A stretch of DNA of 64,000 bases from Thiohalomonadaceae bacterium (GTDB lineage: Bacteria > Pseudomonadota > Gammaproteobacteria > Thiohalomonadales > Thiohalomonadaceae): positions 37,877-101,876 of the forward strand of contig JBNLAT010000003.1 in assembly GCA_050302275.1 (NCBI GenBank), in the 5' to 3' direction. A model generated the notes under the pieces. That model ran no database searches. It was given only the letters and a program-made list of their open reading frames with translations, and was not told the origin of the DNA. Of the stretch, positions 8,818 through 19,153 are shown piece after piece (position 1 is the first letter of the stretch; every line of letters begins with the position of its first letter). The position numbers and the translations under genes are program-made.

Positions 8818-9036
8818 TCAACTAAACGCCTGACCCGGCTTGGCGCCAACCGCCTTGAGGATCAGTGCCAACGGGCAGAAACCGGTGAACGCTGACTGGA
8901 ACAGGTTGATGCCGACGAAGGCAGTGAAGAAGAGCCAGTATTCGTGATGGAACAGCGGGCTGATGGACATACCCAGCGCCAGGCTCAGCATGATGAAAAA
9001 ACCGGCGACGGCGAAGACGATACGATCGATACTCAT
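8818..9036 (-). CDS. DUF2892 (YgaP-like transmembrane domain) protein
   Basis: 72 aa. [10 protein letters not shown]...L is typical of the DUF2892 N-terminus. Two TM helices and conserved FTGFCP. Confidence 0.7.
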   Translation of the reverse strand: MSIDRIVFAVAGFFIMLSLALGMSISPLFHHEYWLFFTAFVGINLFQSAFTGFCPLALILKAVGAKPGQAFS

Positions 9037-9125
9037 GTTTATCCCTCTTAAGTCGATTTATTGAATGGTGCGATTATACGCAAACATATTAGTATTCGCT
9101 AATATTTGGTCTGGCGAAGACAATA

Positions 9126-10547
9126 TCAATCCTTTTTCTTCCTCGCCTTCTTTTTCTCTTTCTTCTTAATGAACTGCACCATCCGCTGCTTACGCGCTAC
9201 CTGGCGTTTGCTGAGGGTGTTCTTCTTGTCGGCATAGGGGTTGGTGCCGCCCTTGAATTCGATACGGATCGGCGTACCGTCCAGCTTGAGGTGCTGGCGA
9301 AAGCCGTTTTCCAGGTAACGACGGTAGCTACCGGGAATAGAACTAACCTGATTACCGTGAATGATGATCAACGGTGGATTCTTGCCGCCCTGGTGGGCAT
9401 AGCGCAGCTTGATGCGGCGACCGTTAACCAGCGGTGGCTGGTGAGCCATCAGCAAAGACTCCAGCAGCTTGGTCAGCTCCGGGGTAGAGAGTTTACGCAT
9501 CGCCGAGTCGTAGGCCTTGTTCACCGAGGCATAGAGTTCACCCACGCCGGTACCGTGCAGCGCAGAGATGGTGTGGATACGGGCGAAATCGAGGAACGGT
9601 AGTTTCACCTCCAGTTCCCGACGAATCTTCTCTTTCTGCTCCTGCTCCAGACCATCCCACTTATTAATGGCGATGACCAGTGCACGCCCCGCTTCCAGCA
9701 CATGCCCCAGCAGATGGGCGTCCTGTTCACTAATTCCTTCGCGGGCATCGAGCACCATCACTACCACATTGGCATCGGTGATCGCCTGCAGGGTTTTAAT
9801 GATGCTGAATTTCTCAATCGCTTCGTTAACCCGGGCACGGCGACGTACCCCGGCGGTATCGATCAGGGTGTAGGTCTGGCCGTCACGCTCGAAGGGAATG
9901 TAGATACTGTCGCGGGTGGTGCCGGGCATATCGAAGACCACCACACGCTCTTCACCGAGAATGCGGTTAACCAAGGTCGACTTGCCGACGTTGGGACGAC
10001 CAACAATCGCGACGCGAATACCTTTATCTTCCGCCTCCTCCTCCGATTCTTCTTCGAAGGGAAACTGCTCCAGGACTTCGCCGATCAGGCTGGAGACGCC
10101 GCGGCCGTGGGCAGCGGCAATGGGTTTCGGATCGCCCAATCCCATTTCATGGAATTCGAGCGAGGCGCTATCGGCATCAATGCCGTCGGTCTTGTTCAGT
10201 ACCAGAGTGACAGGCTTGCCGCACTGGCGTAGATAAGCGGCGATGTTCTGATCCGCAGCGCTGAGGCCATCGCGGGCATCGACGATAAACAGCACCGCAT
10301 CGCCTTCGCCAATGGCCTGACGCACCTGCGACGCCATGTGGCTATCGATACCCTGCTCATTGCCGCTAAGGCCGCCGGTGTCGACCACCAGATAGGGACG
10401 ATCACCCATCCGTCCGACACCGTATTGACGATCGCGGGTCAACCCGGCGAAGTCGGCCACCAGCGCATCCCGTGAGCGGGTGAGCTTGTTAAACAGGGTG
10501 GATTTACCCACATTGGGCCGTCCGACCAGGACGATAACCGGTTTCAT
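9126..10547 (-). CDS. der: ribosome-associated GTPase Der/EngA
   Basis: 473 aa. Two tandem GTPase domains with P-loops GRPNVGKST (twice), a KH-like C-terminal domain, and a Lys-rich tail. Confidence 0.96.
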   Translation of the reverse strand: MKPVIVLVGRPNVGKSTLFNKLTRSRDALVADFAGLTRDRQYGVGRMGDRPYLVVDTGGLSGNEQGIDSHMASQVRQAIGEGDAVLFIVDARDGLSAADQNIAAYLRQCGKPVTLVLNKTDGIDADSASLEFHEMGLGDPKPIAAAHGRGVSSLIGEVLEQFPFEEESEEEAEDKGIRVAIVGRPNVGKSTLVNRILGEERVVVFDMPGTTRDSIYIPFERDGQTYTLIDTAGVRRRARVNEAIEKFSIIKTLQAITDANVVVMVLDAREGISEQDAHLLGHVLEAGRALVIAINKWDGLEQEQKEKIRRELEVKLPFLDFARIHTISALHGTGVGELYASVNKAYDSAMRKLSTPELTKLLESLLMAHQPPLVNGRRIKLRYAHQGGKNPPLIIIHGNQVSSIPGSYRRYLENGFRQHLKLDGTPIRIEFKGGTNPYADKKNTLSKRQVARKQRMVQFIKKKEKKKARKKKD

Positions 10548-10550
10548 AAA

Positions 10551-11756
10551 TTACTTCTCAGCAGGAGAGAGACGAAAGACGTCGAGCACACCGCGGCGAT
10601 CCAGACCGAACACCTCGGTACCTTTGATCGCGGGTGGTGCCTGTACCGCACGGTCTTCCTTGTAGAAAGCGGTGAATTCATCACTCTCATCGGGGACCGG
10701 CCAGTAGGCTTTCCAGTCATTGATACGGGTACGGGCGACGATATGACCATCCTCTTTCGCCAACCAGTGCAGGTAACCGTCGTAATCACCAACCAGCAGG
10801 TATTCCCCCTGCTCCACCGGCGCACTCAATCGGCGCGCATGCAGTGCGGTCTGTTTCCACATCACACCACCGTTACGCCGTGACAGGGCCAGCACATCGC
10901 CATTCAGATCAGTGACGTAAAGATTCTGACGGTCGAGGGCAATCGGATTGACGGTGGCAATACCGCGACTCCAGATCAACTGCCCGGTGTTAGCCACCAG
11001 CGCTACCAGATTATCCTGATAGCTGGAGGCGTAGATCACCCCATCACCGAAGACAGGCGGTGCATCGACATCGACCAGACGCTCCAGTTCGGTGTGGCCA
11101 CGCGGCTCAGAAACAATGCTCTCCCACAACAGGCGACCATCCTCCATCGACAGGGCAATCACCTTGCCGTTAGCGGTACCGGCAAACACGCCGCCACCAA
11201 CCAGCAGCGGCTCGCCACAACCGCGCAAACTGAGACCCGGCACGGTTTCGTGATACTGCCAGCGGTGTTTGCCATCACTGGCATTGAGCGCAATGATGTT
11301 ACCGTCGACACTATGCACAACCACGGTATTGCCGCTGCGTTGCGGAATACTCAACACTTCACTGCTGGCAGGACTCTCCCAGCGTTTGGCGCCGTCTTTC
11401 TTGTCGATGGCGATTACGCCACTATCGGTGGAGAACAGCAACAGATCCTCACCCTCTCCCGGTCCGGCATTGATCGGCATGCCCAGTTCAATTTGCCACA
11501 GGCGTTTACCGCTATCGGTGGCAAAAGCCGCGACCTTGCCCGCGCCATTAGCAACAAAAATTCGCTCGCCGTCGACCAGCGGCACCAGCTTGGGATTAAT
11601 CACACCCAGGCCATCGACGCGCTTGCTCCAGAGATGATTCGGCTGCAATCCCGGCGACACGATAGGCGTCAGCGGTGCTGGCGCTTCAATCGGATCGGGA
11701 GATGAACCACAGCCCGCCAACAGCAGCAGCGGGATTAACAGATAAAGAGATTTCAC
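10551..11756 (-). CDS. bamB: outer membrane protein assembly factor BamB
   Basis: 401 aa with lipobox LLAGC and PQQ-like beta-propeller repeats. Sits in the conserved position between der and yfgM. Confidence 0.9.
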   Translation of the reverse strand: MKSLYLLIPLLLLAGCGSSPDPIEAPAPLTPIVSPGLQPNHLWSKRVDGLGVINPKLVPLVDGERIFVANGAGKVAAFATDSGKRLWQIELGMPINAGPGEGEDLLLFSTDSGVIAIDKKDGAKRWESPASSEVLSIPQRSGNTVVVHSVDGNIIALNASDGKHRWQYHETVPGLSLRGCGEPLLVGGGVFAGTANGKVIALSMEDGRLLWESIVSEPRGHTELERLVDVDAPPVFGDGVIYASSYQDNLVALVANTGQLIWSRGIATVNPIALDRQNLYVTDLNGDVLALSRRNGGVMWKQTALHARRLSAPVEQGEYLLVGDYDGYLHWLAKEDGHIVARTRINDWKAYWPVPDESDEFTAFYKEDRAVQAPPAIKGTEVFGLDRRGVLDVFRLSPAEK

Positions 11757-12391
11757 TCGCCAACACGCTCCGCAAGATCATCAAGTTTCAGCTGCACCAG
11801 CTCTTTCTTTTCCGCTGAATCGCGGAAACCGGTCAGGGCATTGGTGTAGGCATCACGGGCTTCTGTCTGCTTGCCCTGGGCCAGAAGGATATCGCCACGC
11901 AGTTCGTCGTAAGCGGCCTGCATTGAACCGGCCTGACCGCTCAGCAGCTGACGCAGTGCATCATCGGTTTTGCCCTGTGCCAGTAGCACGCGGGAAAGAT
12001 TCAGACGCGCCAGTTGTTGCAGCTCAGGCTCTTTCGCCTCCTGCAACGCCGCCTGTAGATGGGCAGCAGCGCCATCGAGATCGCCTTTATCTACCGCGGC
12101 GCGGGCCATACCCAGCGAGGCGATGGCGGCGTAGACACTGTCCGGATCGTCAGCGGTGAGCTTGCGACCCGCTTCGATGGCGGCATCCGGATTGGATTGC
12201 AGTGCATCCATCACCTGTTGCAGTTCCATGGAGGCGTTTTCCGCCTGGCTACGCTGATTCTTTTGCCAGGTTTGCCAGCCAAACACACTCAGCAGTACCA
12301 CGACGATAGCGATGATCACCGAAGTGCCGTTTTTATCCCACCACGCCTTGAGCGCTTCGACCTGTTCTTCTTCAGAATTGTACAGTTCCAC
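11753..12391 (-). CDS. yfgM: YfgM-like TPR membrane-anchored protein
   Basis: 212 aa. N-terminus EEQVEALKAWWDKNG followed by one TM helix and a TPR-like body. ATGA-type overlap with bamB. Confidence 0.8.
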   Translation of the reverse strand: MELYNSEEEQVEALKAWWDKNGTSVIIAIVVVLLSVFGWQTWQKNQRSQAENASMELQQVMDALQSNPDAAIEAGRKLTADDPDSVYAAIASLGMARAAVDKGDLDGAAAHLQAALQEAKEPELQQLARLNLSRVLLAQGKTDDALRQLLSGQAGSMQAAYDELRGDILLAQGKQTEARDAYTNALTGFRDSAEKKELVQLKLDDLAERVGE

Positions 12392-12423
12392 CCTGGACTC
12401 CTAACTTTTTGTCTCTATGTGCT

Positions 12424-13707
12424 TTACTCGGACTCGCCCAACCTGGCGGCCAGAAAATCGATAGCTTGATCAATCGGCAGCAGTTTCTGCTCCGACTCCT
12501 CGCGCAGGAATTTAATTCCCAATGTACCGTTGGCCACCTCCTCGTCTCCGAGGATCAGCGCCAACGAAGCGCCGCTCTTGTCAGCCTTCTTGAACTGGCT
12601 TTTGAAACTGCCGCCACCACAGTGACTCTCCAGTCGCAACAGCGGCAGAGCATCACGCAACTTCTCAGCCAGCAACATACCGCTGCGCTGCGCCGCTTCA
12701 CCCACCTGCACCAGGTAGGCGTGGGGTTGATAGCGTGAGAGCGACAGTGATTGCTCTTCGATCAGACTGACCAGTCGCTCAACCCCCATGGCGAAACCCA
12801 CCGCCGGGGTCGGTTTGCCACCTAGCTGTTCCACCAGGCCGTCGAAACGACCGCCGGCGCAGACCGTACCCTGAGCACCGAGCTTGTTGGTGACCCACTC
12901 GAACACGGTCTTGCCGTAGTAATCAAGACCGCGCACCAGACAGGGATTGATGGTGTACTTCAACCCGGCCTCGTCGAGGATCGCGCACAGAGTAGCAAAA
13001 TGTTCGCGGGATTCCTCATCCAGGTGCTGATCCAGTTTGGGCGCTGCCTCAACGATGGCGCGCATCTCCGGATTTTTGCTGTCGAGAATACGCAGCGGGT
13101 TGCTCTCCAGTCTGCGCTTGCTGTCTTCGTCAAGCTGATCTTCATGCTTGCGCAAGTACTCCACCAGCAGTTCACGGTATGCGGCACGGGATGCTGAAGT
13201 ACCGAGGGAGTTAAGCTGCAACTCTACCGAGTCATCCAGTCCCAGCATGCGCCACAGGCGAGCGGTCATCAGGATATGTTCGGCATCGACATCCGGCCCT
13301 TCCAGACCGAAGACCTCCACACCGATTTGATTGAACTGGCGGTAACGCCCCTTCTGAGGACGCTCGTGGCGGAACATCGGCCCCTGATACCAGAGGCGCT
13401 GCACCTGATTGTGTAACAGACCATTTTCGATCCCGGCACGCACACAACCGGCAGTGCCCTCGGGACGCAGGGTCAGCAGGTCACCGTTGCGATCCTCAAA
13501 GGTATACATCTCCTTCTCGACAATGTCGGTCACCTCGCCGATGGAGCGTTTGAACAGATCGGTCATCTCTACCAGCGGCATGCGGATCTCGCGATAACCA
13601 TAGGCATCAAGCAACTGGCGTACCGTGTCTTCCAGATAACGCCAGACGGGGGTCTGCTCAGGCAGGATATCGTTCATGCCGCGCACGGCCTGAATGTTCT
13701 TACTCAA
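12424..13707 (-). CDS. hisS: histidine--tRNA ligase
   Basis: 427 aa. Class II aaRS motifs ([22 protein letters not shown]) and a C-terminal anticodon-binding domain. Confidence 0.96.
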   Translation of the reverse strand: MSKNIQAVRGMNDILPEQTPVWRYLEDTVRQLLDAYGYREIRMPLVEMTDLFKRSIGEVTDIVEKEMYTFEDRNGDLLTLRPEGTAGCVRAGIENGLLHNQVQRLWYQGPMFRHERPQKGRYRQFNQIGVEVFGLEGPDVDAEHILMTARLWRMLGLDDSVELQLNSLGTSASRAAYRELLVEYLRKHEDQLDEDSKRRLESNPLRILDSKNPEMRAIVEAAPKLDQHLDEESREHFATLCAILDEAGLKYTINPCLVRGLDYYGKTVFEWVTNKLGAQGTVCAGGRFDGLVEQLGGKPTPAVGFAMGVERLVSLIEEQSLSLSRYQPHAYLVQVGEAAQRSGMLLAEKLRDALPLLRLESHCGGGSFKSQFKKADKSGASLALILGDEEVANGTLGIKFLREESEQKLLPIDQAIDFLAARLGESE

Positions 13708-14798
13708 CTCTCTTTCTCCGCTGCACGCCGTTCCAGTTCGGCGCGGATCTGTTTTTCCAGTTCGTCGACCAGTTGTTCGTTATCGATCTTGTGGTTCGGC
13801 TTGCCGTCGAGGTAGATCAGGTTGGGCTGTCCACCGGTCACCGCGACATCCGCCTCTTTGGCTTCGCCCGGACCGTTCACCACACAACCGATCACCGCCA
13901 CATCGAGTGGTTCCAGAATATCCTCTAGCCGCTCTTCCAGGGCATTGACCGTGGCGATCACATCGAAGTTCTGTCGTGAACAGGAGGGACACGCCACCAG
14001 GTTGATACCCTTGCTGCGCAGGTGCAGGCTCTTGAGGATATCGAAACCAACCTTAATCTCCTGAACCGGGTCGGCGGCAAGGGAGACGCGAATGGTGTCG
14101 CCGATGCCGTCGGCCAGCAGCATACCAAGACCGATGGCGGATTTTACCGTACCGGAGCGCAGTCCGCCCGCTTCGGTGATCCCCAGATGGAGTGGCTGTT
14201 CGATCTGCTCGGAAAGTTTGCGATAGGCCGCGACGGTCATAAAGATCTCCGAGGCCTTGAGGCTGACCTTGAAGTCCTGAAAATCGAGCTTGTCGAGAAT
14301 ATCGATGTGGCGCAGCGCCGACTCCACCAATGCCTCGGCAGTCGGCTCGCCATATTTTTTCTGCAGCTCTTTTTCCAGCGAACCGGCGTTAACCCCGATG
14401 CGGATCGGTACGTTTTTGTCCCGCGCTGCGTTGACCACGGCACGCACCCGATCATCCTTGCCGATGTTGCCTGGATTAATACGCAGACAATCAACGCCCA
14501 GCTCCAGCACGCGCAGGGCGATACGATGGTCGAAGTGGATATCAGAGATCAGCGGCACACTGACCTGTTTACGAATCTCGCCGAAGGCCTCTGCCGCATC
14601 GAGGGTGGGCACCGAGACGCGCACGATATCGGCACCGGCTTTTTCAAGCGCATGGATCTGCGCCACGGTAGCGACGACATCGGTGGTTTCGGTGTTGGTC
14701 ATGCTCTGTACCGAAATCGGCGCATCACCGCCGACCGGTACATTGCCCACCATAATCTGGCGCGTCTTACGACGCACCACGGGAGTTTCATGTTGCAT
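13704..14798 (-). CDS. ispG: 4-hydroxy-3-methylbut-2-en-1-yl diphosphate synthase
   Basis: 364 aa with cluster cysteines in ACPSCSRQ and GCVVNGPGE. Overlaps the hisS start. Confidence 0.96.
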   Translation of the reverse strand: MQHETPVVRRKTRQIMVGNVPVGGDAPISVQSMTNTETTDVVATVAQIHALEKAGADIVRVSVPTLDAAEAFGEIRKQVSVPLISDIHFDHRIALRVLELGVDCLRINPGNIGKDDRVRAVVNAARDKNVPIRIGVNAGSLEKELQKKYGEPTAEALVESALRHIDILDKLDFQDFKVSLKASEIFMTVAAYRKLSEQIEQPLHLGITEAGGLRSGTVKSAIGLGMLLADGIGDTIRVSLAADPVQEIKVGFDILKSLHLRSKGINLVACPSCSRQNFDVIATVNALEERLEDILEPLDVAVIGCVVNGPGEAKEADVAVTGGQPNLIYLDGKPNHKIDNEQLVDELEKQIRAELERRAAEKES

Positions 14799-14801
14799 GG
14801 T

Positions 14802-15845
14802 TCACCGGGAGCCGAGCTGATTGTCTTCCGCCCGTCCGACACGGAAACGGGCAATTTCTCCACGCTGGAAAGCGGAATGATCAAACAACGCGTTGTTGTA
14901 ATGGATCACGACTCCCTCAGCAAAACCGAGGAAGACCTTGAACGGCGCTTCGCCCTTAAGTTCAAGCGTTTGCCCAGCACGCATCAAGCCATAGACCAGA
15001 CGTCTGCCCGCATTGTCGTCCACCTCGGTCCAGCTATCCTGCTGGTATTCCAGCACCAGTTTCGAGCGTGGCATATCAGCGGTCAGTGGCGGCGGCGCAG
15101 GGATCGTCTCCTCTTCAACATTGGTGGTGGCCGAACTCTCATCGGCAACGACGCGGGGAGGCATCACGCTCGGCGGTGCCGCTGGATCCTGTTGAATTTG
15201 TTGCGCAGGCTTCGCTTCTATCGACACCGGCTCAGCAACCTTATCCGCTACCACGGCTTCCGCCTCTGGCGCTGCAGCTGCATCCGTATTGGCGGTGAGC
15301 GCATCGTCCTGTTTGACGTCCGCTGTCTCAAGCTGAGGTGCTTCTTCCTCGGTAACTGCCGCAGAGATTGCTGCCTGATTCGTCGCTTCCTGCGGCATCA
15401 TTGCCGTATCAGTAGCCGTCGTGCCTTTTTCGCGCTGACCGATCCACCACATACCCAGTGAGATGATCACGACGACGATGATCACATAGGTGACCATACG
15501 CACAGGCAGATCCATGCTGCTGGCCTGTTTGTCCTTACCAAAACTGGGCGCCAATGTTGGCGGTGTCTGCGTGGTGCTCACAGGACGAACAAAATCGGCC
15601 TCGGACAGCCCCAGCGCCTTGGCATAACTGCGCAGATAACCCGAGACAAAGGTTTCAGAGGGAAAGAGTTCGTAATTGTCCTCTTCCAGCGCCTGAATCT
15701 TGCGTTCAGAAAGTCGCAAGTGCAATGCGATCTCACCACGGGAAAGTCCCGCCGCTTCACGCGCCTTGCGTAGTCGCTCGCCTAGCGATTCCTGAGATAG
15801 AAACTGCGGCTGCTCGTTATGTTCTTCTGTTGTGTTGTCAGTCAT
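14802..15845 (-). CDS. rodZ: cytoskeleton protein RodZ-like (HTH + TM + periplasmic domain)
   Basis: N-terminal XRE-type HTH (LGERLRKAREAAGLSRGEIA), a single TM, and a low-complexity linker. I prefer the ATG at 15845 (MTDNTT) over the track start 15896, which overlaps pilW by 41 nt. Confidence 0.8.
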   Translation of the reverse strand: MTDNTTEEHNEQPQFLSQESLGERLRKAREAAGLSRGEIALHLRLSERKIQALEEDNYELFPSETFVSGYLRSYAKALGLSEADFVRPVSTTQTPPTLAPSFGKDKQASSMDLPVRMVTYVIIVVVIISLGMWWIGQREKGTTATDTAMMPQEATNQAAISAAVTEEEAPQLETADVKQDDALTANTDAAAAPEAEAVVADKVAEPVSIEAKPAQQIQQDPAAPPSVMPPRVVADESSATTNVEEETIPAPPPLTADMPRSKLVLEYQQDSWTEVDDNAGRRLVYGLMRAGQTLELKGEAPFKVFLGFAEGVVIHYNNALFDHSAFQRGEIARFRVGRAEDNQLGSR

Positions 15846-15855
15846 GGTTAGCCCG

Positions 15856-16614
15856 TTATCTGAGCGATTCCAGATAGAGTTTGGTTTCCGGCGCATCGGG
15901 GAAACGTCCTTTCAGGGCCAATCCATAGCTGGCGAGGGCATCCTTGTCACCGAGAACACGTTCCACCCGAATCCCAAGCCAGAGACTCTCTGGAGTATGC
16001 TTGCCTACGGACTGGTAACGTTGCAGGTAAGCACGAGCGGACATGTAATTCTTCTCCTCGAAGGAGACCTTGGCCAGTGCCAGCAGTGCACCGGGCAGAC
16101 GCGGATTAATCTGCACCGCCTGGCGCAGATACTCCTCTGCCTTTTTCAAGTCGGGTTTGCGCAACATGCACAGCCCCATATTTTCAAAAACCTGATCACG
16201 GCGAGGATAGACCGGGTTCTCCAGCACCTTGCGGAACTGGCGCTCCCCCTCACTAATGCGATCCTGACTGCAGAGGAAGGCGCCGTAGTTGTTGTACAGC
16301 AAAGAGTCTTCGGTTTCGCTGTAGCGCAGCGCATACTCGTAGTGATCTTCCGCATCGGCTGGACGCCCCAGACGACGATACAGTTCAGCAATGTAGTGAT
16401 GCGCCGGTGCGTAGGTGTCGTCATAGGCAAGGGCACGTTTGAGTTTTTTCATCGCCACTTCATTGTTGCCCTGGATCATGTAACGCAATCCCAGTTCAGC
16501 GTTAGCCTTTGCAGCTTTTTCTGTATCCACACCATCCGTTTTAACCGGGGAACTGCTGCACCCAGTCAGTACCAACATCCAAGCCATTACAACCCACAAA
16601 CCGAAACGTCTCAT
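15856..16614 (-). CDS. pilW: type IV pilus biogenesis/stability lipoprotein PilW (PilF-type TPR)
   Basis: 252 aa with lipobox LTGC and TPR repeats. Conserved rlmN-pilW-rodZ-ispG synteny. Confidence 0.8.
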   Translation of the reverse strand: MRRFGLWVVMAWMLVLTGCSSSPVKTDGVDTEKAAKANAELGLRYMIQGNNEVAMKKLKRALAYDDTYAPAHHYIAELYRRLGRPADAEDHYEYALRYSETEDSLLYNNYGAFLCSQDRISEGERQFRKVLENPVYPRRDQVFENMGLCMLRKPDLKKAEEYLRQAVQINPRLPGALLALAKVSFEEKNYMSARAYLQRYQSVGKHTPESLWLGIRVERVLGDKDALASYGLALKGRFPDAPETKLYLESLR

Positions 16615-17720
16615 GATGCAATCTTCTCCTCCACGATGGGGAACCGCCCACTACGACGGGTACGGTCCGCTACCTTACCGGCCAGTTGACCGCAGGCAGC
16701 ATCGATATCGTCACCGCGTGTCTTGCGGGTGACGGCGATAATTCCGGCTTCCATGACCACATCACGGAAGGCGTTAATCGTATCCAGTGAAGGACACTCA
16801 TAGGGCGAATCCGGGAACGGGTTAAAGGGAATCAGATTAACTTTGGCAGGTACACCACGCAGGATTTTCACCAGCTGTTTGGCGTCTGCCACACTATCGT
16901 TCACCCCGGCGAGCATCACGTACTCAAAGGTCACACGATGGTGAGGCTTGTCGGCCACATAACGTTTGCATGCGGCGAGTAATTCTTTGATCGGGTATTT
17001 CTTGTTCAGCGGTACCAGTTGATCGCGCAGCTCATCATTCGGTGCGTGCAGTGAAACGGCAAGGCTGATATCACTACGTTCACGCAGTTCGTCGATACCT
17101 GGCACCACACCGGCGGTGCTAAGGGTCACACGACGCTTGGAAATACCGAAGGCGAGATCGTCCTTCATCAAATCCATCGCCGGTACCACGTTATCCAGAT
17201 TCAGCAGCGGCTCACCCATGCCCATCAACACCACGTTGGTGATCACCCGCTCGCCCTTATTTTCCGGCAGACCGATGATACGCGTTGCCAGCGCCACCTG
17301 ACCGACGATTTCAGCGGTAGTCAGATTACGATTGAAACCCTGACGGGCGGTGGAACAGAAACTACAGGCCAGGGTACAGCCCACCTGCGAGGAGACACAA
17401 AGGGTGGCGCGGTCCTTGTCAGGGATGTAGACCATCTCGATATGATTAACTTCGTCGACCCGCAACAACCACTTGCGGGTACCGTCAGACGCAGGCATAT
17501 CCTTCACCACCTCGGGCAGGCGGATCTCAGCGATCGCTTTCAGCTTTTCACGCAGTGCCTTGCTCAGGTTGGTCATCTGTTCGAAGTCGTCGACCCCAAA
17601 CTGGTAGATCCATTTCATTACCTGAGAAGCGCGGAAGGCCTTCTCCCCCAAATTGGTGAAGAAGGCCTCCATATCCTGGCGTGTCAGGCCAAGCAGATTT
17701 GTCCTGACGGACTCACTCAT
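16611..17720 (-). CDS. rlmN: 23S rRNA/tRNA adenine-C2 methyltransferase (radical SAM)
   Basis: 369 aa with radical-SAM motif CTLACSFC. Typical RlmN N-terminus ([11 protein letters not shown]). Confidence 0.95.
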   Translation of the reverse strand: MSESVRTNLLGLTRQDMEAFFTNLGEKAFRASQVMKWIYQFGVDDFEQMTNLSKALREKLKAIAEIRLPEVVKDMPASDGTRKWLLRVDEVNHIEMVYIPDKDRATLCVSSQVGCTLACSFCSTARQGFNRNLTTAEIVGQVALATRIIGLPENKGERVITNVVLMGMGEPLLNLDNVVPAMDLMKDDLAFGISKRRVTLSTAGVVPGIDELRERSDISLAVSLHAPNDELRDQLVPLNKKYPIKELLAACKRYVADKPHHRVTFEYVMLAGVNDSVADAKQLVKILRGVPAKVNLIPFNPFPDSPYECPSLDTINAFRDVVMEAGIIAVTRKTRGDDIDAACGQLAGKVADRTRRSGRFPIVEEKIAS

Positions 17721-17762
17721 AAAGTGCTCGACTCATCATAGGCGCAAGAGCGCCGCGCCCGA

Positions 17763-18194
17763 TTAACGGGTGCGCGGGCAAAGCTCTTCCGGCTTAAAGA
17801 AGAAATCGATTTCACGCGCAGCGGTTTCCGGTGCATCGGAACCGTGTACTGCGTTTTGATCGATGGACTCAGCGAAGTCGGCACGGATAGTACCGGGAGC
17901 GGCCTCTTTCGGGTTAGTGGCACCCATCACTTCGCGGTTCTTGGCAATGGCATTCTCGCCTTCCAGTACCTGCACCATCACCGGGCCAGAGGTCATGAAC
18001 TCAACCAGATCAGCGTAAAACGGACGCTCTTTGTGTACATCGTAGAAAGCGCCAGCCTGTTCTTTCGACAGGTGGATCATGCGCGCAGCAATGATCTTCA
18101 GGCCCGCCTTCTCGAAACGAGCATAGATCTCGCCGATGACGTTTTTAGCTACTGCGTCGGGTTTGATAATGGAAATGGTGCGTTCGATTGCCAT
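17763..18194 (-). CDS. ndk: nucleoside-diphosphate kinase
   Basis: 143 aa. Starts [15 protein letters not shown], with the active-site His in NAVHGSD. Confidence 0.97.
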   Translation of the reverse strand: MAIERTISIIKPDAVAKNVIGEIYARFEKAGLKIIAARMIHLSKEQAGAFYDVHKERPFYADLVEFMTSGPVMVQVLEGENAIAKNREVMGATNPKEAAPGTIRADFAESIDQNAVHGSDAPETAAREIDFFFKPEELCPRTR

Positions 18195-18411
18195 CTAAAA
18201 TTTTCTCCGTGGGAATTGGCCAAAACAGCCTGTTGCAACAAACCCGCGATTATACGCGGGCTTGACGGGCCATTCCAGCAGTTCCCAGCTTAACTGAATG
18301 AAAAATCAGGGCTTTGACCGGCGTCACAGGGGAGAGTTCGGCCGGATATGACAGACTGACTAACTGGCACAAAACTTCGCACAGCTGAGAAGGCCAAAGA
18401 ATTTAGAAATC

Positions 18412-18540
18412 TTCTCAAAATGAGGGATCGTGCCCCGAGGCAAGGCGCGAAGTTTGCGAGGAGCGCAGTTTACAGGTAGTAAATGAGCACCGTAGCAAGC
18501 TTTGCAACACAGGATCGGGGTGCGAGAACCATTTTGAGGA
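18412..18540 (+). repeat. Copy B of the ~130-bp imperfect-palindrome intergenic repeat
   Basis: See copy A. The two 60-nt arms are partially self-complementary (CTCAAAATG...ATTTTGAG ends, GCGAAGTTTGC vs GCAAAGCTTGC, TTTAC/GTAAA core). Lies directly 3' of the iscX stop and upstream of ndk. Confidence 0.85.
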
Positions 18541-18545
18541 GATTT

Positions 18546-18746
18546 CTAGTCGCGTTCCTCGATCCAGTTCATTTGTATCGCTTCGAGGATCTTTTCGTTG
18601 GAGTTTTCCGGATCATCGTCAAACTCCTCCAGTGCACAGACCCACTGGTGCAGGTCGGTAAAACGGACGTACTGCGGATCGACGTCCGGGTGGGCTTCAT
18701 CGAGCTGGATGGCGATCTCCAGGCTATCGGTCCATTTCAGGCTCAT
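18546..18746 (-). CDS. iscX: Fe-S assembly protein IscX
   Basis: 66 aa. [36 protein letters not shown] closely resembles E. coli IscX. Confidence 0.9.
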   Translation of the reverse strand: MSLKWTDSLEIAIQLDEAHPDVDPQYVRFTDLHQWVCALEEFDDDPENSNEKILEAIQMNWIEERD

Positions 18747-18755
18747 GGCATGCTC

Positions 18756-19094
18756 CTAGTGAGATTCGGAAACCATGTTGATGGTGTACTTGGGGATCTC
18801 GATAACCAGATCCTCGTCACCAACCACCGCCTGGCAGGAGAGACGTGAATCGGGCTCCAGTCCCCAGGCCTTGTCCAGCATGTCCTCTTCCGTTTCGCTC
18901 GCCTCGGGCAGGCTGTCGTAGCCCTCGCGCACGATAACGTGGCAGGTGGTGCAGGCGCAGGACTTCTCGCAAGCGTGCTCGATTTCAATGCCGTTGGCCA
19001 GCGCTGCATCGCAGATGCTGGTGCCCTTCTCGGCCTGGATCACCGCGCCTTCCGGGCAGATCTCCTCGTGGGGCAGAAAAATCAGTTGCGGCAT
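18756..19094 (-). CDS. fdx: ISC-type [2Fe-2S] ferredoxin
   Basis: Start set at MPQLIFLPHEEICPEG by analogy to E. coli Fdx. Contains IEIEHACEKSCACTTCH. The track ORF extends to 19151 from an upstream start I consider unlikely. Confidence 0.93.
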   Translation of the reverse strand: MPQLIFLPHEEICPEGAVIQAEKGTSICDAALANGIEIEHACEKSCACTTCHVIVREGYDSLPEASETEEDMLDKAWGLEPDSRLSCQAVVGDEDLVIEIPKYTINMVSESH

Positions 19095-19153
19095 CTCGTT
19101 AACTCCAAATCCTGTTATGCATTCAATAGGCCCACAGGCCAGTAAACACAAGT

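Noticed and set aside
9126-9200. Poly-lysine coding run at the 3' end of der (…[13 protein letters not shown])
   Set aside because: Basic C-terminal tails occur in ribosome-associated GTPases. It is in frame and followed by a normal stop, with no evidence of slippage or a separate feature.
14022-15461. 479-aa ORF on the + strand
   Set aside because: It is antisense to ispG and rodZ, which have clear motif-level identities. Its translation is low-complexity and Arg/His/Gly-rich, as is typical of shadow ORFs in GC-rich DNA.
18483-18848. 121-aa ORF starting inside repeat copy B
   Set aside because: It begins within the palindromic repeat and runs antisense through iscX and fdx. No SD and no domain.
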